The position numbers and the translations under genes are program-made. Of a stretch of DNA of 51,960 bases, positions 36,911-46,160 are shown one piece after another (position 1 is the first letter of the stretch; every line of letters begins with the position of its first letter). The DNA is from an uncultured Bacillota bacterium (GTDB lineage Bacteria > Bacillota_I > Bacilli_A > RF39 > UBA660). The DNA is taken from positions 1 through 51,960 of the forward strand of contig CANATJ010000002.1 in the NCBI GenBank assembly GCA_947364595.1, read 5' to 3'. A model generated the notes under the pieces. The model was given only the letters and a program-made list of their open reading frames with translations, searched no databases and was not told the DNA's origin.

Positions 36911-37921
36911 CTATCTAATCTCATAAGGATTGTCTATACTACCATTCCCAGCTGTTACCTTTGCATTAGAACCTATTGTAATAACTGGTCTAACATTTAA
37001 TAAAGAAGTAGAATTAAAATTAATGCCATCTAATTTACCATTACTAATAACAAATACTTTATTATTTATAGTAGTAAGTGTATATTCTGGTCCGTTTGTT
37101 AAAGAATAAGTAGCTAAATAATTACTGCTAACACACTCTTGCTCAACACCGGTTACACATTTTAAATTATCAGAAGCATTAATAAAATCATTTGCGCTTA
37201 ATAATGACACCTTAGTAACTAAATTACTATCACAATCATCTTGAAATTTCAAGCAATATTTATTAGAAACAATTAAAGATGAATTAGATAAATTACTATA
37301 AAAATCATTATTTAAATAATTATTTATACTTGATTTTTCAAAATTAAAACCACCATTTGTATCAAAAGGTAAACTAGCTATTTTATTATCACTAACGATT
37401 TTAATAGTTCCATCATCATTAACACTAATAATTCTCCATATCATATCATTAAACTTCAAATAATTATTAACATCTTTACCTTTATATATTCCATTTTGTA
37501 AATTTAAAATACTACTTTTTCTAGATTTTGAAATTATTGACTTACTTAAACTTTTTGCCTTACTACTTTCCTTATAAACATAAGTATATTGATTAGATTC
37601 ATATTTTATTTCCACATATCCAGACAAATTCTTTTTCTTGTTTCTTGGATCAATAATATCATCACTAGAAATATATCCTTCTGTAGTAAGAACACTTAAT
37701 TCTAAATTAAAAGGTTGCTCACCTTCATTAGGTAGTTCATTTACATGTTCAACGCCCCAAGCTTTTGCCGCCTTAATAATAATTTCTACCTGAGAGTTAT
37801 AAGCCTTATCTCTTGTAGACCTGATAATCGAACTAACCGCTGGCATTACAATTGAGGCGATTAATCCTAAAATTGCCACTACAGCTATTAATTCTATTAG
37901 CGTAAAGGCTTTTTTATTCAT
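36911..37921 (-). CDS. prepilin-type N-terminal domain fused to a roughly 200-aa C-terminal domain (336 aa)
   Basis: Starts MNKKA|FTLIELIAVVAILGLIASIV. The first roughly 130 aa are paralogous to the pilins at 488-1208. The C-terminal part (MIWRII..DGTIKIV...INNYLNNDFY...VSLLSANDF...VRPVITI) resembles the WRVL/LLS/VRPA-type DUF6273-like fold. Confidence 0.75.
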   Translation of the reverse strand: MNKKAFTLIELIAVVAILGLIASIVMPAVSSIIRSTRDKAYNSQVEIIIKAAKAWGVEHVNELPNEGEQPFNLELSVLTTEGYISSDDIIDPRNKKKNLSGYVEIKYESNQYTYVYKESSKAKSLSKSIISKSRKSSILNLQNGIYKGKDVNNYLKFNDMIWRIISVNDDGTIKIVSDNKIASLPFDTNGGFNFEKSSINNYLNNDFYSNLSNSSLIVSNKYCLKFQDDCDSNLVTKVSLLSANDFINASDNLKCVTGVEQECVSSNYLATYSLTNGPEYTLTTINNKVFVISNGKLDGINFNSTSLLNVRPVITIGSNAKVTAGNGSIDNPYEIR

Positions 37922-37945
37922 TATCTTCACCCCTATTCTATTTAA

Positions 37946-37974
37946 ATTATAAATTATTTGACATGTAAAGTCAA
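37946..37974 (-). promoter_or_regulatory. sigma-A promoter for the pilin-fusion operon (TTGACT-17-TATAAT)
   Basis: -35 at 37974-37969 and -10 at 37951-37946. Confidence 0.55.
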
Positions 37975-38053
37975 TGCACCAAACTAACATCACACATTTT
38001 TATCAAAAAAGAAAACATGATATAATACCCTTGTAAGTTTAAAGGAGTATAAT

Positions 38054-40174
38054 ATGAAAAAAACTGAATTACTTAGTCCAGCTGGCAACATGGAAACCTT
38101 ACTAGCAGCTATTCACAATGGAGCTGACGCTGTTTATATTGGCGGAAAATTTTTTGGAGCAAGAGCTTTCGCCCCTAATTTCTATAATGAAGATTTAAAA
38201 AAAGCTGTTTATTACGCCCATCTTTATAATGTCAAATTATATGTAACCGCCAATACAGTTATCTTTGAAGATGAAATCGAAGAATTTTTAGAATATATGA
38301 AATTTTTATACGAAATAAATGTTGATGCCGTTATTATGCAAGATATTGGAATGATATCCTTAGTTAGAAAACTTATTCCTAATTTAGAAATTCATGCTTC
38401 CACTCAAATAAACGCGCATAATGATGAAACCTTAAAATTACTTAAATCTATTGGTGTCAAAAGAGTTGTCTTAGCTAGAGAAATGACTATCAATGAAATT
38501 AAAAATCTAAAAACAGATATCGAATTAGAAATATTTATTCACGGTGCTTTATGTGTTTCCTATAGTGGCAATTGCCTTTTTAGTAGTCTAAATGGTGGTA
38601 GAAGTGGAAATAGAGGTAAATGTGTTGGATCATGTAGACTTCCATATACCCTACTTCAAAATAATAAAGAAATAAAAAACGAATATCTTTTAAGCACTAA
38701 AGAACTATGTCAAGTAAATAATATAAAAGAAATACTAGACTGTAATATAGAAAGCTTAAAAATAGAAGGCCGTATGAAAAGCCCAGAATATGTAGGATAT
38801 GTTACTAAAATATATAGAAAACTAATTGATCAATATTATCAAAATCAAGATCCAAAAATTACAGAAGAAGAACTTATAAATCTAACAAAACTATTTAATA
38901 GAAAATTTACTGATGGATACCTATTTGAAGATAACATTTATAATACAAAATCCCCTAATCATCTAGGTTATCCTCTAGGACAAATAATCAAGCTAACAAA
39001 CAAAAAAATATACATAAAACTATCTGATAACTTATATCAAGAAGATGGAATAAGATTTGTAAACAATCACAAAGGAATGATTGTAAATAAACTTTATAAC
39101 GAAAAAGGATTACTAGTAAATCATATTAAAAAAGGAAATATTGCTGTCATTGATAACAAAATAGATATTAAAACAAAAGATGATGTTAGTAAAACAATTG
39201 ACACTAAATTAATCAAAGAAATATCAAATTATCAGAAAAAGAAAATACCTATTTCATTTATTGTAAAAGCAAAGCTAGGTAAACCATTAACCGTTACTAT
39301 TAAAGATAACACAAATACCATTACCAAAACTTCAGTTTCCCTAGAAAAAGCTATAAACAAGCCAACAACTAAAGAAGAAATAATTCAAAAATTAAATAAA
39401 TTAGGTAATACTCCATTTACCATAGAAAATATAGATATCGACTTAGATCAAGTGTTTATTCCCATAAAATATTTAAACGATTTAAGAAGAAACCTTTGTG
39501 ATGAACTAATAAAACAAAAAACTAAAAGTAAAAATAAAATAGAATTTCACTATCAGAAAAAAGAAATCAACGCAAAAGAAAAAAACAGTATAAATATATT
39601 AGTAAGAAATGAAAATCAACTAAAAACAGCTTTAAAATATGCGGACAAAATATATACTGAAGACTTTGAACTATATAAAAAATATAAAAGTAAAAATGTT
39701 TACTATAAATTACCAAGAATAATTCAAAACTATAAACACTTTGAAAACGAAAATTTATTAGTTAGTGAACTTGGAAGTGTATATAAACATAGTAAAAACA
39801 ATAATGTAATAACCGACTATCCATTAAATATTACAAATAGTGAAACTGTAAAATTTTTAAAATCATTAAATGTTAAAACAGTAACCTTATCCGTAGAAAT
39901 TAAAGATTACGACTTAATAAAAAAATACGCAAAAGACACAGAAATAATAACATACGGGAAATTAGATCTTATGATTTTAAAAGACTTCCATTTTAAAGGC
40001 GACAACTTAAGTTTAAAAGATCGCTTTGGAAATGTATTTCCTATTATAAATGGAAAATATACTACTATTTTACATTGCAATAACCTTGTTAAAAATAACG
40101 TAAAAGGAAATTCAAGGATAATATTATTTAATGAAAATGAAAAACAAATAAAAACTCTAATCAATCAAGATTAG
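38054..40174 (+). CDS. peptidase U32 family protein (long, two-module form)
   Basis: Starts ELLSPAGN..LLAAIHNGADAVYIGG and contains the U32 signature E.FIHGALCVSYSGNCLFS. RBS aaggag. Confidence 0.8.
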   Translation: MKKTELLSPAGNMETLLAAIHNGADAVYIGGKFFGARAFAPNFYNEDLKKAVYYAHLYNVKLYVTANTVIFEDEIEEFLEYMKFLYEINVDAVIMQDIGMISLVRKLIPNLEIHASTQINAHNDETLKLLKSIGVKRVVLAREMTINEIKNLKTDIELEIFIHGALCVSYSGNCLFSSLNGGRSGNRGKCVGSCRLPYTLLQNNKEIKNEYLLSTKELCQVNNIKEILDCNIESLKIEGRMKSPEYVGYVTKIYRKLIDQYYQNQDPKITEEELINLTKLFNRKFTDGYLFEDNIYNTKSPNHLGYPLGQIIKLTNKKIYIKLSDNLYQEDGIRFVNNHKGMIVNKLYNEKGLLVNHIKKGNIAVIDNKIDIKTKDDVSKTIDTKLIKEISNYQKKKIPISFIVKAKLGKPLTVTIKDNTNTITKTSVSLEKAINKPTTKEEIIQKLNKLGNTPFTIENIDIDLDQVFIPIKYLNDLRRNLCDELIKQKTKSKNKIEFHYQKKEINAKEKNSINILVRNENQLKTALKYADKIYTEDFELYKKYKSKNVYYKLPRIIQNYKHFENENLLVSELGSVYKHSKNNNVITDYPLNITNSETVKFLKSLNVKTVTLSVEIKDYDLIKKYAKDTEIITYGKLDLMILKDFHFKGDNLSLKDRFGNVFPIINGKYTTILHCNNLVKNNVKGNSRIILFNENEKQIKTLINQD

Positions 40175-40184
40175 AGTTTTTAAT

Positions 40185-41285
40185 TTAATCTATTACATTT
40201 TTAGTAATATGACCAAAGTCAGAATCTTTTAAAGTGAACTTATATGCTGTCTTATCATTTAAAACAAGGAATATACATTCAAAATTATCTATAACTTCAT
40301 AACAAACAATTGGTGAATGTAACTCTTCTTCAACATCAACTAAATCGCTAAAGCTTTTAACATTAATAACATCATATTTACTCAAATTTGGAAGATTATG
40401 AGTTTCAGCAATAACATCCCCATACTCTTTTAATATCTTATTAAGTGCTAATACATACTCAGATTTTTTAGTAATCTTAATCAAGCTCTTAAATAAATTT
40501 ATAAATATAATCAAAGATAGACCTAATAAGCAAAGACCAAATACAAATAATGGAACATTAATAGAAGATTCGCTAACAGTTTGCTTATAAATAGTATTTC
40601 CCCCACTATTAACATAATCTGGTTTTATTTCAAAAGTTTGTTGTAATAAAGGAACATTAAGTGCTATATTATTAGTTTCCTTTAAATTCTTATCGGGTTT
40701 ACCCTTTAAGCCACCATTTACATTAACTTTTAACGCTAAATTTACACGTGCATCAACAGAAAGTCCAAACTGATTTCTAAAATCAGTCATAATAGCATTA
40801 TAAGCATTATAATCTAACTTAATAGTTTTATTAATATTAAATGTTTTACCACTTCCAGTTATATGTTGTAGATTTTCAACTGGGTAAGTTTTTGACCAAA
40901 CCTCAATTTCCTTACCTTCTGCATTTTCATATAAACCACTAGTAGTTGCCACAATCTCATAACTACAATCATAGTCTAAATCTTCAGTACTTTGAAAATT
41001 ATATTTTGCATCAACTTCAATATAATCAATTATAGATGCAATGTATTGTTTATTCATACCTAAATATGGAACCGTAAAAAATTTATTATTCTTTAAATAA
41101 ACACGGTAATCCATTTTTGTATTATAATTGTATGAATATAATACTGGGTTATCACTTTGTTGTGGATTTAAACTTTTATAAACAGAAAAAAGTGATACAC
41201 CAAAAGCGGCAATAGTTAAAATTATTAAAACCACCCTAAACCATTGCTTTAAAATAATTACATTCTCATTCTTCTTTTGCATCAT
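40185..41285 (-). CDS. bitopic membrane protein downstream of sipW (possibly DUF5305-like)
   Basis: The N-terminal TM segment is VVLIILTIAAFGVSLFSV. A roughly 200-aa external domain follows, then a second TM segment (LFVFGLCLLGLSLIIFINLF) and a roughly 100-aa cytoplasmic tail. RBS aaggag. The family name is from memory only. Confidence 0.5.
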   Translation of the reverse strand: MMQKKNENVIILKQWFRVVLIILTIAAFGVSLFSVYKSLNPQQSDNPVLYSYNYNTKMDYRVYLKNNKFFTVPYLGMNKQYIASIIDYIEVDAKYNFQSTEDLDYDCSYEIVATTSGLYENAEGKEIEVWSKTYPVENLQHITGSGKTFNINKTIKLDYNAYNAIMTDFRNQFGLSVDARVNLALKVNVNGGLKGKPDKNLKETNNIALNVPLLQQTFEIKPDYVNSGGNTIYKQTVSESSINVPLFVFGLCLLGLSLIIFINLFKSLIKITKKSEYVLALNKILKEYGDVIAETHNLPNLSKYDVINVKSFSDLVDVEEELHSPIVCYEVIDNFECIFLVLNDKTAYKFTLKDSDFGHITKNVID

Positions 41286-41302
41286 TATCGCTCCTTTTTA
41301 TC

Positions 41303-42442
41303 CTACAACGCACCACTAAGCCATACTGATGGATATCCAATCCATGGTACAACAAATGATACCTTTCCAATAATATTCTCCAAAGTAACACTTCCAACAT
41401 CATTAGCATTATTATGATCACCTTTAGTAATAAACACCTTATTACCATAAACATCATTATCAACATCCACAATACGGTGAACAACATATTTAGTGCCACT
41501 TATAAATTGAATAATATCTCCTTTTTTAAGTTCATTCTTTTCTTTTTTAGTCAGTTTATTTATTACAACTGCATCACCCCTATTAAAGGTTGGTGACATA
41601 CTACCTGACATTACAGCAATTGGTTGATATTTAAATAACCCCATTACAAATCCTGCCATCATAGCAATTAATATAAAAACCGGAATATAAACAACTGGAT
41701 TATACTTTTTTATATCTCTTTTTGATAATCTTTCAGATTTATTAACATGTACATAATTTAAATAAATATATACAGCAAGGGGTAATACAACGCCAACAAC
41801 CGCTGTTACAAACCAATCAAAACTAGGAATAATTGGTACAACAAATGGTGGAATAATTATAAATAATCTATATACAATTGAAAATCTAGGTCCACCAATA
41901 TAAACCAAATAAGTCATTAAAGCACTTTCTAACAAAGTAGGAATTAACGTTGTAGAAGTATAAATAAATATTTCCTTTAAATCAGTAAAATGTTCTGTAA
42001 TAGTTGAAAAATTTAAATTAATTATCATAAACAATAAAATAATTAATATAAAATTAAATTTTGATTTATGTTCATTTTTAACAAGAATATATCTAATATA
42101 CTCTTGAAAAAAGATAATACTCGCAAAAGACCATAAATTTCTAAATACACTTAAAATATCTTTAGAATATGGGGTTCTTTCAAATCCAAATAACAACCCT
42201 AGTAAAAAATATAAAATTATATATACAATAAGTGTAATAAGTAAACTTTGCTGTTTATCTTGTTGACCTTTAATTCTTAAATTAGAATCTTTACCTAACA
42301 TAAATGCAACAAAACACATTATAATCCATATAATAGGATTAATGATTTCATTATAAAGTGGTAGATTCATTGGGACTAATAAAATATCATTAATCACCAA
42401 ATACATAATCAAAAGGCCATATATAGCTATGTTCCTTTTCAT
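41303..42442 (-). CDS. SipW-type (S26B, archaeal/ER-like) signal peptidase I fused to a roughly 260-aa N-terminal polytopic membrane domain
   Basis: The C-terminal roughly 115 aa (SGSMSPTFNRGD...GDIIQF...VVHRIV...TKGDHNNANDV) are collinear with B. subtilis SipW. The N-terminal part has about 8-9 hydrophobic helices. Confidence 0.8.
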   Translation of the reverse strand: MKRNIAIYGLLIMYLVINDILLVPMNLPLYNEIINPIIWIIMCFVAFMLGKDSNLRIKGQQDKQQSLLITLIVYIILYFLLGLLFGFERTPYSKDILSVFRNLWSFASIIFFQEYIRYILVKNEHKSKFNFILIILLFMIINLNFSTITEHFTDLKEIFIYTSTTLIPTLLESALMTYLVYIGGPRFSIVYRLFIIIPPFVVPIIPSFDWFVTAVVGVVLPLAVYIYLNYVHVNKSERLSKRDIKKYNPVVYIPVFILIAMMAGFVMGLFKYQPIAVMSGSMSPTFNRGDAVVINKLTKKEKNELKKGDIIQFISGTKYVVHRIVDVDNDVYGNKVFITKGDHNNANDVGSVTLENIIGKVSFVVPWIGYPSVWLSGAL

Positions 42443-42488
42443 AGTAATTTCCCCTTTTTATATATACCCCAGTATCGCTACTATAAGA

Positions 42489-42517
42489 ATTATAACATAC
42501 TTAAACTACTTTTACAA
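42489..42517 (-). promoter_or_regulatory. sigma-A promoter for the sipW-fusion operon (TTGTAA-17-TGtTATAAT)
   Basis: -35 at 42517-42512 and an extended -10 at 42494-42489. It lies downstream of two hairpins that follow the upstream gene. Confidence 0.5.
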
Positions 42518-42580
42518 GAAAAAAGTCAAAATAAATTTTGACTACCACCTTATAAACGAAAAAAGACTTAAAAGTCTTTT

Positions 42581-43090
42581 TTACGCTTGAACATAATTCA
42601 AAACCATTGTAACATCTTTTTTAAGTTGTGCTTCTGTTGGTTGAGTTTCTACATTAGCGTTATAAGTAACTGTAACAGTAAATGTAGTTGACTCACCAGC
42701 ATTTAAAACATCATTTTCAGCAATGCCAGTATAACTATAAAGAATTGGATCTGTTGAACTAGTATCACTAAATGTTAAAGTACTTAATTTAGCATCTAAG
42801 TCACCACCATTTTTAACTGTAACTGTGTAAGTTAATGAATCAGTTGGTTGTTTTAAAGTAGTGGCAAATGTAGCAGATGTTTTATCTGTACCAACTTCAG
42901 CTTTAGTACTTGCTGCATCTCCAACAGGAGTACCAGCTGTAATAGTTTCGATATGTACATCCCAATTAGATGAGATAGTTGCACTACCATTGATAGTTAA
43001 TTGTTGTGCAAATGCTGCATAACCTACTGCCATTACAAATACAACAGCTAATAAAGCTCCAATTAAGGCATTTTTGTGTTTTGATTCCAT
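42581..43090 (-). CDS. secreted Thr/Ala-rich beta protein with a SipW-cognate-type signal peptide (TasA/BsaA-like candidate fibre subunit)
   Basis: MESKHKNALIGALLAVVFVMAVGYAAFAQQ can be compared with TasA ...GGGTWAAFND. It has a strong RBS aggagg and its own promoter. Its GC content is noticeably higher than the surroundings. Confidence 0.65.
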   Translation of the reverse strand: MESKHKNALIGALLAVVFVMAVGYAAFAQQLTINGSATISSNWDVHIETITAGTPVGDAASTKAEVGTDKTSATFATTLKQPTDSLTYTVTVKNGGDLDAKLSTLTFSDTSSTDPILYSYTGIAENDVLNAGESTTFTVTVTYNANVETQPTEAQLKKDVTMVLNYVQA

Positions 43091-43138
43091 TTTCTTCCTC
43101 CTATACAATTTACTAAGTAGCTTTCCTACTCTACATAC

Positions 43139-43167
43139 ACTATATCATATTTTAATTTTCTCTGCAA
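43139..43167 (-). promoter_or_regulatory. sigma-A promoter for the TasA-like gene (TTGCAG-17-TGaTATAGT)
   Basis: -35 at 43167-43162 and -10 at 43144-43139. Confidence 0.5.
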
Positions 43168-43231
43168 GGAAAATTTAAATTTTTTTGTTAAAAAGTGCAA
43201 AATGTTATTTTGCACTTTAAAAACAATATAT

Positions 43232-44902
43232 TTACATTGCTTTAGGAATGTGAATACCTAAAAGTTCTAATAAAATTTTTAAAATTTTATTATTTAAACT
43301 TAAAACAGTTTCATAATCACTTTTAGTTTGTTCATCTAAATCATTTAATCTATTAGCTTGATAAAAATTATTAGCAACCACAGATAGCTCATATAAATAA
43401 TTAGCTATATAATGAGGTCTTCTTTCTAAAGCCGCTTGATCAATAACATTTCCAACTTCCAACAATTTAACTCTTAATGCTCTATCAGCTTCATTATAAA
43501 TTGTATCAGAAAGTTTTAAAGAATTTTGACTAAGCAATTTATTAATACGTAAATATGTATATAAAATATATGGACCAGTCTTACCGGCAACTTCACTAAA
43601 CTTCTTAATATCAAAAATATAATTTCTTGTTAAATCATTTTGCAAATCAGCAAATTTGATAATTGCATTAACAATCTTATCTAAATCCTCTTCAGCCATA
43701 GATTTATTTTCTTCTCTCAAGTTTATAAATTCCTCTTTAACTTGTTTAATTAAATCCTCAAGTTTTAAAGAACCTCCACTACGAGTTTTAAAAGGTTTAT
43801 TGTCAGCACCATTAACAGTTCCAAATCCATGATGTTCTAATTTGCCATGATAAATATTAGACTTATTAGCAGCCCTAAACACTTGAACAAAATATAAACT
43901 TTGTCTTCCATCAACAACATAGATAATATCATCAGGATTAAAGTCCTTAACCCTTTGCCATATAGTACCTAAATCAGAAGTTGCATACAAATAAGCTCCA
44001 TCACTTTTTTGAATCATACAAGGAGGAAGTTCGAATTTATCATCATCTTGCTTAACATCAATAACTTTAGCACCATCATCTTCACGAATAATATTTTGTT
44101 TTTCAATAAAAGGAAACATTTCATCAAATTGTGCATATGCATGACTTTCACCATACCATAAATCAAAATGAACATCTAAATAATCATAAATTCTTTTAAT
44201 ATCTCCTACAGATAAATCCCAAATTTTCTTCCATAAAATTCTATATATAGGGTCTCCATCTTGAAGATCTTTAGTAATTTTAGCACATTTAACTCTAACT
44301 TCTTCATCTTCTTTACATAAAGCGCTAATTTTTGGATAAGTTTCATTTAAATAATCTAAAGTAATTACAACATCCTCTGGTTTAGTATCAGGAAAATCAG
44401 TTAAAATTCCATAAATAACTTGTCCCATTTGTGTACCAATATCACCCAAATGAACGTCCCCAATCATTCTATTTCCCTTAAACTTTAAAATATTGTAAAT
44501 AGCTTGTCCAATAATAGCTGGTCTTAAATGTCCAACATGTAAAGGTTTAGCCACATTAGGTCCACCATAATCTACCACAATAGTTTCATTTTCCTTAGTA
44601 GCTCCAAGCATATCATCATCAATTAATTTTCTTAAATTATCACAAATATACTTATCACTTACTTTAATGTTAATAAACCCTGGTTTAGCTACACTAACTT
44701 CCTTAAAATATTCATCAAAAGAAGATTCCTCTTTTAACTTAGCAACCACTTCGTCTGCAATCATAAATGGGGCCTTGTGTGCCTCTTTTGCTAATTTAAA
44801 ACACTCATCACATTGAAAATCAGCATCCTTATTCGATTTAATAATTTTTGGCTTTATATCATAGCCTAATTCGTTAAATACTTTTTCAAATAACTCTTCC
44901 AT
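43232..44902 (-). CDS. argS: arginine--tRNA ligase
   Basis: Class I HIGH motif (PNVAKPLHVGHLR), a typical ArgRS anticodon-binding C-terminus, and 556 aa in length. Confidence 0.95.
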   Translation of the reverse strand: MEELFEKVFNELGYDIKPKIIKSNKDADFQCDECFKLAKEAHKAPFMIADEVVAKLKEESSFDEYFKEVSVAKPGFINIKVSDKYICDNLRKLIDDDMLGATKENETIVVDYGGPNVAKPLHVGHLRPAIIGQAIYNILKFKGNRMIGDVHLGDIGTQMGQVIYGILTDFPDTKPEDVVITLDYLNETYPKISALCKEDEEVRVKCAKITKDLQDGDPIYRILWKKIWDLSVGDIKRIYDYLDVHFDLWYGESHAYAQFDEMFPFIEKQNIIREDDGAKVIDVKQDDDKFELPPCMIQKSDGAYLYATSDLGTIWQRVKDFNPDDIIYVVDGRQSLYFVQVFRAANKSNIYHGKLEHHGFGTVNGADNKPFKTRSGGSLKLEDLIKQVKEEFINLREENKSMAEEDLDKIVNAIIKFADLQNDLTRNYIFDIKKFSEVAGKTGPYILYTYLRINKLLSQNSLKLSDTIYNEADRALRVKLLEVGNVIDQAALERRPHYIANYLYELSVVANNFYQANRLNDLDEQTKSDYETVLSLNNKILKILLELLGIHIPKAM

Positions 44903-45154
44903 AATTTCCTCCTTTAAATTTTAAAAAAATTCTATGAATGTAAGGACGAATAATCGCGTTGCCACCTTACTTCATAGAATTTCTATGCACTTAATTATCC
45001 TTAATGCAGATATACAAACAGCTCCAAGGTGCGTTCATAAAAATTTGCTTACCTAGTTTCCACTATCCTAGGCTCACTTTAAACAATTTACTTTTATTAC
45101 TATTCCTTTTCAATGCCTTGTGCTAATTATATAAAATTATATTCAAAAAGTCAA
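44903..45154 (-). promoter_or_regulatory. promoter plus T-box riboswitch leader with Arg (CGC) specifier, controlling argS
   Basis: The promoter is TTGACT (45154-45149), a 17-nt spacer, then TATAAT (45131-45126). Stem I carries the AGTGA bulge and a GTGGAAA distal loop. The specifier context is GAA-CGC-A (CGC at 45033-45031). The T-box sequence is AAGGTGGCAACGCG (44968-44955). The terminator is 44979-44930 plus U7. Confidence 0.85.
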
Positions 45155-45173
45155 ACAAAGTAAAAGAAAAAAG

Positions 45174-46130
45174 TTAAATTTTTAAGTTTAACTTTTTCAC
45201 CTGCTTAGCAATTACATTAATGCCTTCTTCCAAATTAATTTCATATTTATCAAAAATATCTTCAAGTCGCAAGTTACCCATCAATACCTGATTAATACTT
45301 TTATCTATTTCCTCTTTGCCATTTAAAGAAGAATTTTCATAAACATCAAACAAAGATGCAGACATCAAAGAAGAAATAATATACATCTTATCAATAATAT
45401 TATCCCCTTCTAAAAGCATTGTAATTATATTTTTTCTTAAACTCAAAAGTCTTTGATAATTTACAAAGAAAAGTAAATCATCCGCATTATCTAAATCTAA
45501 GGCTGCCGCCTTTTCCATAAAAATTGGTAAAACTTCACCATGCATAAAATTTAAAATATTGCCTTTATTTTTATTTAATAAAGCATGAGTCATTTCATGG
45601 GCATAAATAGTTTTAGCCATATCATCACTTGGGCCAAAAATAAATATTCCTGTAGCACATATAGGAATTTTTTCAAAAAAAGACTCATCCAAATCAGCAT
45701 TCTCATAAAAACTATAATTTACAACATAACCATTTCTTTTCGCTTTGTTTATTATTGTTAAAGGTATATCTGTCACCTTTACTAATTCAGACTTTTCTTT
45801 TATATACTCTATAACTTGGTCATACATTGCCAAAGGAAAATCAAACCCAAAACGAGCAAACAATTCCATTGACAAATCATCATCATTAAATATGCAAGGA
45901 ACAGTTAAATCAATATTCTTCATATGTTTTTTAATTATATATTCACCACATTTTAAAATTTCTTCCTCATTACAATCATCAAATTTAATTTCATTAACAT
46001 TTGCACTAAAATCACAAAACATAATATCAACTAATTTTTCGTAATTTGAAGATTCAAAAAAAGCCGTTTGAAAACTTTCATATTTAAACAAAGCCATCGC
46101 CTTTTTTAATTCACTTTCGTAACAATCCAT
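45174..46130 (-). CDS. cytoplasmic HExxH (HEMTH) protein, paralog B; family not recognised
   Basis: It has no signal peptide and contains AKTIYAHEMTHALLNKNKGN...GEVLPIFMEKAAALDLD. It is collinear with its neighbour over the full length. Confidence 0.6.
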   Translation of the reverse strand: MDCYESELKKAMALFKYESFQTAFFESSNYEKLVDIMFCDFSANVNEIKFDDCNEEEILKCGEYIIKKHMKNIDLTVPCIFNDDDLSMELFARFGFDFPLAMYDQVIEYIKEKSELVKVTDIPLTIINKAKRNGYVVNYSFYENADLDESFFEKIPICATGIFIFGPSDDMAKTIYAHEMTHALLNKNKGNILNFMHGEVLPIFMEKAAALDLDNADDLLFFVNYQRLLSLRKNIITMLLEGDNIIDKMYIISSLMSASLFDVYENSSLNGKEEIDKSINQVLMGNLRLEDIFDKYEINLEEGINVIAKQVKKLNLKI

Positions 46131-46160
46131 AATTAATCACCTTTATTATTAAGAAAAAAA

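Noticed and set aside
37955-37975. Palindrome TTGAC-atgtaaa-GTCAA in the pilin/U32 divergent promoter region
   Set aside because: One arm is the -35 box of the minus-strand pilin promoter. The other arm is a TTGAC on the plus strand that has no matching -10 at a suitable distance, since the U32 TATAAT lies about 55 nt away. There is no independent evidence for a regulator site.
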